Source: Octopus sinensis
Lineage: Eukaryota
NCBI RefSeq assembly: GCF_006345805.1
Contig: NC_043000.1
Location: 129,456,001 to 129,520,000, forward strand
DNA: 64,000 bases
Direction of reading: 5' to 3'
The notes beneath the pieces were generated by a model. The model was not told the DNA's origin. It ran no database searches and saw only the letters and a program-made list of their open reading frames with translations. Positions 54,829 through 64,000 of this stretch are shown here, one piece after another (within the stretch, counting starts at the first letter, position 1; each line of letters opens with the position of its first letter). Both the position numbers and the translations under genes were made by a program.

Positions 54829-54861
<33 letters not shown>

Positions 54862-54892
54862 AATCAAAATAAGCAACAAGGATATCCAGAGG

Positions 54893-54938
<46 letters not shown>

Positions 54939-55142
54939 CTCAAGTACGCACATACACTGATACATACGTACATACGTACATACATACATACATACATACG
55001 TACATACGTACATACATACATACGTACGTACGTACGTACGTACATACATACATACATACGTACGTACGTACATACATACATACATACATACATACATACA
55101 TACATACATACATACATACATACATACGTACTTACATACATA
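54640..55142. repeat. (TACA)n/(TACG)n/(TA)n/(GA)n compound microsatellite
   Basis: Direct observation. Confidence 0.95.
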
Positions 55143-55254
55143 TATAAACACAGGGTGAGCAAGAAGAACGTAGAGTACTCAATACGAAAATAGAGTTAAT
55201 ACATTTATTGAAAGTTGTATATATTAATACACACACACACATATATATATATTT

Positions 55255-55650
55255 CTTTTATTACTTTTACTTCTTTTATGGGTTTCAGGCAGAGGCTGAG
55301 GCCAAGCTGGTGCACCGCCTTTATTGCATCCGGGAATTCTTCCAGTACTGCTTCTGGTGAAGTAGCGAGTTGGACGTTGCTGCTTTTCCTTCTTCCTCCA
55401 GCTACGATCTGGGTTCATCCGGTATAGCAGCTAAAAACTGTCTAGATGTTTTTCGAAGGCTTCCATTTCTAAACCTTGCAGATCTCTGATCTTCTGTGCT
55501 TGGGCATTAAAAAACTGTGGTCCCTTGAATCCCAATCTATTACAATATTGGGTTCGTATCCTTGACGGAGAAAATGGGACCTTTGGTACAGTGCAGTGCC
55601 GTCCAGTTCGGGGATAGTTGTAGATTGTAAAGATGGACGAAAGGTAAAGG
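55255..55650 (-). mobile_element. CR1/L2-group LINE 3' end
   Basis: RTGRHCTVPKVP...RIRTQYCNRLGFKGPQFFN...RDLQG...KHLDSFLAAIPDEP...ATSNSLLHQ, typical ORF2 C-terminal motifs, followed by a short tail. Confidence 0.78.
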
Positions 55651-55817
55651 CGGATGAAATGACACCAAGCAATTTGTCCGGCGCGTGCTAACAATTTTAC
55701 TAGCACGCCACCTTAAAACTATATCCATTATTAATAACTCTATATATTTGGTACACTTTACTTATGTTTATGAATACGTGTGTGACGTACGTGAGCGCCT
55801 ATCTGTCTGTCTCCCTC

Positions 55818-55869
<52 letters not shown>

Positions 55870-55989
55870 TAATTATATATTATAAATATATTATTTCATT
55901 TATATTATATATATATATATATTATATATATATATATATATATATCTTAATTATATATTATAAATATATTATTTCAATTATATATATAT

Positions 55990-56045
<56 letters not shown>

Positions 56046-56181
56046 ATACATACATATAATATATATTAATATAATCCATATATCTATATCTATATAATAT
56101 ACATATAATATAATCTATATATCTATCTATATATATATATAATATAATATGTATAATATAATATACAAATAATCTAATCTA

Positions 56182-56255
<74 letters not shown>

Positions 56256-56754
56256 ATATATATATATATATACATTAATGGCTTAACAATTCATGCACGA
56301 TAAATTTCGGACAACCACTATTTGGGATAAATAAATTAGTATATCTATGGCGACAGAGAATTCTAATTATCTAAAAGCAAGGCTATACCATTTTTTTGAT
56401 TGTCAGTAAATTTCTCTGCTCCCTTCTGTCTCCTTCCAACCCATCCAAATTTCCATAAATCTTTTCTTACAAACCATTTCCAATATTTTACTCTTCCACA
56501 AAATTAGAATACCACAGTCCATAAATCTGCGTAGCTCGATCAAACTGGTTGAATACACCGCACAGACATTCCAAAACAGGGCTTAAGGTATATAATTTAC
56601 TACCACAACAAATGTATCCACGATGTAAAGAGGCTGGCAACCTACGAAACTTTGTAGTGCCTTAGATTTCTTAGTAAAAATAAACTAGAACTCTACATAT
56701 GTGCCCTGAATGTTTCCTTAATTAATGTTTGTGCATATATGCTGTCAATATGTA

Positions 56755-56900
56755 TTCTTTTATTCTTTTACTTGTTTCAGTCATTTGACTGTGGCCATGC
56801 TGGAGCACCGCCTTTAGTCGAACAAACTGACTTTCAAGTGATGGTGGTGGTGGCGGGACAAACACAGACACACAAATGCATATGTATATATATATATATA
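56755..56900 (-). mobile_element. Family A tail fragment with internal deletion
   Basis: tttcagtcatttgactgtggccatgctggagcaccgcctttagtcg. Confidence 0.75.
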
Positions 56901-57578
56901 TATATACATACGAGCAAAGCGCCCCCCCCGTCCAATGGACGGTGCTGATTTGTCAAACATTTAAACCAAATTTTCTCAAAACAACTTGTCCGACCGTCCC
57001 ATAGGCCTCCCCTTTGAGAAACACTGATTTAACCTAAATTTTAGACACCAGCAAAAGAAGAAATAAAGATAGACTTTTTTTTCTATTCCAAAGAAAAACG
57101 ATTTTATTCACATAAATATGCAACCGAAGAGTTTAAAGTACCAGTAATGATAAGGCTGTTGACTGGGAGAACGCAAACATGGTTTAAATAGTAAGCTTGG
57201 CAGGAAAGAAACGTGCCTTTAAGCAGTACAAAAACAAAAAAGAATTGAAGGTGCAGGTATGTATGGGTTGATGGAAGAAAAGCAGGACAAACAACGGCTT
57301 TAGCGATCGCATTTTCACCTGGAATCGGTTTTTGTAATTTTTTCAAGACTTATACACGCCCTGATACCGTTGGTATCTACATATCAAATTTGAGCGTAAT
57401 TCGATGGAGGATGCCCGAGATCCTAGAAGACACGCGCACAGACCGGCAGAACGGATTTTATATAATATATATATATAATAAGTAAAATTATTATATTATA
57501 TATATTATTTATATCTTAAAAATATTGTTTAAATATTTCTGATTATATTTTAGATATTTCAATCACCTGAAGAATGAC

Positions 57579-58069
57579 GCATTTAGCCCCAGGCGATCAT
57601 CGACGTCACCAGAAGGACCGACACCATCTCGGTGTCCTTGCTAGCCTGTAAAGGGAGATCATCCTCCCCGAAGATACGGATACTAAATACGGACCGGTTT
57701 CGAGGTAATTGCCTCTTATCAACGTATGGTAAGTACCGTTCCTCGATAAAGGACTATCTCTACAGGCTACATATATAAGGATTTTCACAGTAACCACAGT
57801 CACTGATGTAGAAAAACCGTTCGAAAACAATAATAAATCTCTGAACGAGATATAAACAGTAACTGCTCTATAACGTAAGGGGGATCAGCCATCTGAATGT
57901 GGCTAGGGACAGGGCGGGGTGGTGGGGGTGTTACCGATGCATTTAGCCCCAGGCGATCATCGACGTCACCAGAAGGACCGACACCATCTCAGTGTCCTTG
58001 CTAGCCTGTAAAGGGAGATCATCCTCCCCGAAGATACGGATACTACATACGGACCGGTTTCGAGGTAAT
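57579..58069 (-). mobile_element. Partial tandem repeat, 360-nt period, with hammerhead (retrozyme- or pLTR-like)
   Basis: 57579-57709 recurs at 57939-58069 (131 bp, 2 mismatches), offset exactly 360. Confidence 0.8.
57687..57727 (-). ncRNA. Type I hammerhead motif, U3:A8 variant
   Basis: Minus strand atacg-TTGATAA-gagg-caatta-cctc-GAAAC-CG-GTC-cgtat; predicted cut at 57692; 3' half repeated at 58047-58069. Confidence 0.72.
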
Positions 58070-58111
58070 ATATATTTAAATTAATATAAATTAATTAATC
58101 TTATGTATTGG

Positions 58112-58235
58112 CTTAAGTGTTTCATTGTATGATTTGCCTAATAGTGGTTTTATCTCTAATTTAAAATAATATATATATATTATATAAAATCCGTTCTGTC
58201 TGTCTGTCTCTATATATATAATATATAATAATATA

Positions 58236-58288
<53 letters not shown>

Positions 58289-58486
58289 TTATAGATATAT
58301 ATATACGACGGCTTCCAGTTTCCGTCTTCCAAATCCACTCACTTAAGTTTTCATTGTATGATTTGCCTAATAGTGGTTTTATCTCTAATTAAAAATAATA
58401 TATATATATATATAAAATCCGTTCTGTCTGTCTGTCTGTATATATATAATATATAATATAATATATAATATAATATATAATATATA

Positions 58487-58517
<31 letters not shown>

Positions 58518-58596
58518 ATATATATATCATTTATATTTATATTTATAGATATATATATACGACGGCTTCCAGTTTCCGTCTTCCAAATCCACTCAC
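58112..58596. repeat. Tandem duplication of about 230/255 bp
   Basis: 58112-58342 repeated as 58342-58596; cttaag at the junction. Confidence 0.88.
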
Positions 58597-59225
58597 AAAG
58601 CTTTGGTTGGCCCTAGGCCATAGTAGAAGACACCCGCCCAAGTGCCACGCAGTGGGACTGAACTCTGAACCATGTGGTTAGGAAGCAAGCTTCTTACTAT
58701 ACACCCACTTCTCCGCCTATATATGTATGCATGTATGTATGTTATATATGCATACATAAAAACATATATGTTTGCGCATATATTCATATAAATACCTACT
58801 TTATGTAGTTTTATAATATAAAACTGATTTCGTTGTCTTTACTTCTGTCAATCATTGGACTTCGGCCATGCTGGTGCACCGCCTCGAGCGGTTTAGCCGA
58901 ACATATCAACCACAGTATGAATTTTTTTAAGTACTTATTCTAACAATTCTCTTGCTGAACCACTAAGTTACGAGGGCGTAAACAAATTAATACCGCTTGT
59001 GGGGGACAAATACAAAAATATACGTACATACATAATATCATATATACATATATATACGACGGGATTCTTTCAGTTTCTGTCTACCAAATTCACCTGCAAG
59101 GCTTTGGTTGGCCCTGCACTTCAGTTGTAGACACTTACCCAAGGTACCACAGAAGGGGACTGAACCTGGAGTCCGACTGAACCGTGAATCCGAGAATCAA
59201 ACTTCTTATCATACAGCCACGCCTC
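58560..59225 (-). mobile_element. Family A head fragment and a diverged full family A copy
   Basis: Motifs at 58560-58720 and 58835-59225 align to family A. Confidence 0.72.
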
Positions 59226-59469
59226 CGAACAATATTTTAAAATACTTACTCGTAAGTGAATACTCAGTTATCTATTGAAGTTCCAAGATACTGCTGTCAT
59301 ATATAACGGTGTATATACTAACACTATAGATACACAGTATTGAGGCTTCTAAGCGAATTAACGCGAGATCTTCCATATGATCATTCGAGTTACTAGAAAA
59401 AACAGTCAAATCACATCCATCGACTTAAAAAATAAATAACAGAGAATGGTCGCAACTGTGTTGCATGAA

Positions 59470-59570
59470 TACCTACCTACCTACCTACCTACCTACCTAC
59501 CCACCCACTCATCCACCCACCCACCCACCCACCCATCCATCCATCCATCCATCCATCCATCGATCCATCC

Positions 59571-59662
<92 letters not shown>

Positions 59663-59675
59663 GCCTGCCTGCCTG
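59470..59675. repeat. Graded (TACC)-(CACC)-(TCCA)-(TCTA)-(TCTG)-(CCTG) microsatellite
   Basis: Direct observation. Confidence 0.95.
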
Positions 59676-61379
59676 TCTAGCTAGATGTATGACTCCTACT
59701 GTTGAGTCTAGAGCTCCGTGTAAAGAGTATCATCATCCAATCTGCTTCCATTATAGTAGCTTGGTTACTACCGTACTTAGTAGTAGTACTGGTTATGATA
59801 TACAGAGTAAATGTAGGAGAAATTACGAGAAGCGCAAATTTATATCACCTGTTCCTACGTACGTTTCCTCGTCGTGGCTGTTCAGAACTCTGCATAGGAT
59901 GTTCCAGATATAATTAGATACTTAACCACAACGGATCATCTTGGGAAATCATTGCATTGTATTACAGTGATCCAATGGATCCCTTTAACATAGTATATAT
60001 GAACAAATGATATAAGCTTGTGGTTATTGCAATGTGCCACATACACACATATACAAGCGCGCACACACGCACACATAGCGCATACTTACATATATGTGTC
60101 TGTATGTCTGTTTGCTTGCGTGTAGGTATATCTATTTGTGTAATATATAAACTACACATATCTACCAGAACATATGGTACACACATACACACACACATGC
60201 ACACACACACACACGCCTATGTATGCAAGTTTGTGTGATATAATGGAATGTTACATGAAAACATATATATCTGTATTTATATATATATGTTTGTAAAATA
60301 TATCATGTGATACTATATGCTATATACTATGTGCGCACGTGCGCGCGCGCGTGTGCGTGTGTGTTTGATTCCTTGTTCAGGCTTCTTAATTTGATACATA
60401 CTGAAAAACTTGAGAAAAGACGGTTACAAGTAGTCATCTTCCTTCAAGCGTGTCAAAATATGTTCATCTTTATTCACAGCTTCTACAACACCATCCTGCA
60501 CGAATAAAGTCAGATCCTTCTCCATGTAATGTTTTTATTTTCACAATATCCATGCATGAAGAGACAGGCTCCATTTACGCATATATCTGAAGATTTTTGA
60601 CAAGATGGAAGAAATGATTCGTGAAATAGTTGAATAAGACGTGATAATTTTATATTGATTTCTGATAGGTAACGGAAATGGAAAGTTGTGATATTTCATG
60701 CATGATTCTTACAGAAACTAAAACCAGCTTGCTCACTTGTCTCTTTCGGGATTTGCATTTATTTGCCATATTAATATTTGTTCCTATTGTAGCGGTGTAT
60801 GCAGAACAAAAATAGACTCCTGGCAAGTGGAAACTGTGTGTGTGTGCACAACGCAGTTTCAGTTCTCGGTCAAATAGTTTTCACTTAAACTATGAAAGGT
60901 CTTGTGAATGTCTTGTACTCTCCAACAGCCTAATATCCTAATGATGTAAACAAGATCCGAAGTGACTAATGACGGTTTCTGTCGGCAACTGCTCGACTTG
61001 CTCGCTTTCTTGAGCCCGCATCTCGTGAGAGAATCGCATGGGTGCCGTCGTCATATAGTGTACACTAGTTTCCTCTATTTGTTGCGACTGTCTGCTACCA
61101 GAACTCCGGACTCTGCTAATGTCCTTTCTTCTTTTTTTTTCTACGCAATCCTTTCAGATTTTTTTCTATTTGCCTCTCCTACTGTTTTCCTCTTCAGTTC
61201 CTAGAAAAATGGATTTTGCAAGGTCCCAAAATCTAATATGATCATGCTATCTCAACTTCCCTTTCTGTAGCAAGAAGATCTTCATGAGGGCAGATGGATT
61301 TGATGCTGGACGATTTCGCGGGCCTGTATGTTTGTGATTTGTTCCAGATACGAGATAATAATATGTGGAAGCACTTCAT

Positions 61380-61495
61380 TTGCAGTAGATGCATCTGTCT
61401 TTTAGAAAGAACAAATATTAAATAGTTGCAACAAATTACTTTGGTATGACGAAGCAGAAGCGTCTAACCGCTTTGGCAGTTCTCTTCGTGAGTAC
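61380..61495 (+). pseudogene. Possible hAT dimerisation-domain remnant
   Basis: NYFGMTKQKRLTALAVL resembles the NYLRSTMxQERLxxLAxL motif; heavily decayed. Confidence 0.35.
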
Positions 61496-61567
61496 TAAAT
61501 TGGTACTTTGTGAGTACTAAATTGGTAGATTGGAAGTTGTGATACACACACACACACACACACACAC

Positions 61568-61611
<44 letters not shown>

Positions 61612-62928
61612 AATGTGTGTGTGTGTGTGTGCGCTGCTATAAATTATAAATGTTCTGAAAAAGTCTAACCCCTATCGGTACTAGAATCTAAACAGAAGAC
61701 AACTATGAAACAATGTGATTAGAAGATAAAAAAGGATCACAAAGGAAAACATATACATATACACAATCCCAACAAATGCACACTTCCCATCTTCAGCTGT
61801 TTAACGGTTATCCTTATGGTCTTGACACCGTGGTAGTACCGTTTAATTTGGTGGTGTCGACAGCTTAAAAAATATAAAAACTGCTTGGAATATCTACTTC
61901 ATATAGGAAATAGTATACTTTACACAACTACAGACACATAGACACACAGTCATGCCCTCGCACTCACCCCCACATTGTCATGCGAGAAACTCAGGAATTT
62001 TCATGATGGACATAGATTCGCGGAACAAATTCAAACGTATTACAGAATAATAAAACTTTGATAACCACAAATAATCTCTCATACACAAAATTACATGAAC
62101 CAATATAATATAACTGTGTATATGAATTATGTTGATTTTTTCTAACATTATATATAATCGATCCAAGAAGGAAGCTTTAATATAGTCGTTCTCCCTGATA
62201 GAAATAGCAACCAAATTCCTTTTAAGTCACCCCAGCATTGCCTTAAAATACAGGTAGAACAAATTCGACAGTTATAGTCTTAGATGTAGAGAAGGCGAAA
62301 TATATAAGTAGATTAAATAATATCGGTGTAGTTACACTGAATATATGAAAAAAGAAATCGAGATGGCCACAATTGAAATGCTGTTGCTTGTAAGTCTGTT
62401 CAATCGGGGATGACCTTGGACTGAATAAGAACAAGAACAGCATCGTGAATTATAGCTTCATACAGACAGGAGAATAGTGTACAATAGTTTGTAAAAGTAC
62501 AAGGAAATGTAATATTTTCAGTCTTAATAATACAGACTATTGTAAAGTGGATATAACAGCTTACAAGGTGTAAATACCTACCATGGTTCTGTCATTATAT
62601 GTGTATCTTAGTTTCAGCGCATCACTTCAGATTAAATCTCTTTTTGAAAAGAAGTTACAAAAATGATTTATACATAGAAATAAGATATGTCTTTGTTTTG
62701 GTATGAATAAACTGTTTTGTAAGTATGTCGAAGATACCAATCAACACAACATATATGTTATAACGAAGGGAAGACGAAACTTCGACTACATAAAAATAAC
62801 AACCCAATTTCTCTTATTGCACAGAAGAAAGTGACGAAAAATAATGGATAGACTATACTGAGTAATGCAGTTCTGAATAAAAAGTCGAGAGTCGAGATAG
62901 TCATAACTAGAGTGCCTTAGTGACTATA

Positions 62929-63504
62929 AGGCGGCGAGCTGGCAGAAACGTTAGCACACCGGGCGAAATGCCTAGCAGTATTTCGTCCGCTGTTACGTTC
63001 TGAGTTCAAATTCCGCCGAGGTAGACTTTGCCTTTCATCCTTTTGGGGTCGATTAAATAAGTACCAGTTGCGCACTGGGGTCGATGTAATCGACTTAATC
63101 CCTTTGTCTGTCCTTGTCTGTCCTCTCTCTGTGTAGCCCCTTGTGGGCAGTAAAGAAATAGGTATCTCACCTGCCGCTACGTTCTGAGTTCAAATTCCGC
63201 CGAGGTCGACTTTGCTTTCCATCCTTTCGGGGTCGATAAATTAAGGACCAGTTACGTACTGGGGTCGATATAATCGACTTAATACCTTTGTCTGTCCTCT
63301 CTGTGTTTAGCCCCTTGGGGGTAATAAAGAAATAAGTATTTCGTCTGTCTTTACGTTCTGAGTTCAAATTCCGCCGCGGTCGACTTTGCCTTTCATCCTT
63401 TTGGAGGCGATAAATTAAGTGGCAGTTGCGTACAGGGATCGATCTAATCGACTGCCCTTCTCGCTAAAAATTTCGGGCCTTGTGTCTTGAGTAGAAAAGA
63501 ATAT
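62929..63504 (+). mobile_element. Family B SINE trimer within one TSD
   Basis: Units start at 62929, 63161 and 63335; perfect 12-bp TSD ttagtgactata at 62917-62928 and 63505-63516; third unit has the alternative tail. Confidence 0.9.
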
Positions 63505-64000
63505 TTAGTGACTATATCCATTCTTCACGCAAATTTTCAGTGTTGCTTCAAAGAAATTCGACGGAGAATATTGATTAAAGATAAATAGACATCTAGAGCA
63601 AAGAGGCCTTATTATAGCAAATAAAAAGACAACGGAAAAGCAGTAACTTCAGAATACCAGTAATCCACTGGGCCCCTCTGTATTGATTACATGGTTCATA
63701 TATTTTTGGTATGGTACATATGTCTAATACAATTTTGGATAAAGTACAAAAATCGTCGCTTTAAAAATTGTCAGTTTGTACTCCATTGCAAGCATTTTGC
63801 TTCGTCCTTGATAAAGACACTTAATTCTTCTTGTCCATAATTTATGACTTTATTTGAAAACAAAAAACCTAAAAAGTATTAGAAATCAATAGTTTATGAT
63901 GTATTTTTTTTTAAATAAGAGAAGAAAACTAAAATCTTTCTTAGAGGATATTTATCAAAGAGGGCATCCACTTAAATGTGAAAATGAAACAATTTTAAAT

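Noticed and set aside
56925-57026. CAGTGTTTCTCAA hAT-like terminus (minus strand) with a small hairpin
   Set aside because: Single end only, no matching TIR or 8-bp TSD
59702-59917. Hydrophobic ORF resembling a transmembrane segment
   Set aside because: No splice signals or recognisable family motif
62929-63504. Regularly spaced repeats resembling a CRISPR array
   Set aside because: Units are ~170-230-bp SINE copies without unique spacers, in a eukaryotic context

Overview
Repeat-dense eukaryotic non-coding DNA, intronic or intergenic. The tRNA-headed SINE families and extreme microsatellite load point to an octopus/coleoid cephalopod (inference). No host gene can be called confidently, and most ORFs in the track are microsatellite translations. 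Contents: at least 6 tRNA-derived SINE families (labelled A-F here, about 25 copies, several with TSDs); fragments of Tx1/L1, CR1/L2, RTE and R4/Dong-like LINEs; an internally deleted mariner; and several Penelope-like element (PLE) derivatives. The most interesting signal is a set of hammerhead-ribozyme motifs. Two different elements, a 2.6-kb palindromic Neptune-type PLE and a 360-nt tandem retrozyme-like unit, carry the same non-canonical, compensated core (UUGANAA, U3:A8) and the same palindromic helix III (ACCGGU). A third, canonical-core hammerhead sits centred in a nested inverted-repeat element. Also notable: two SINE/LINE 3'-tail matches visible within the window, and TSD-bounded SINE multimers that always restart at the same internal site. 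Activity of all RNA motifs is untested.
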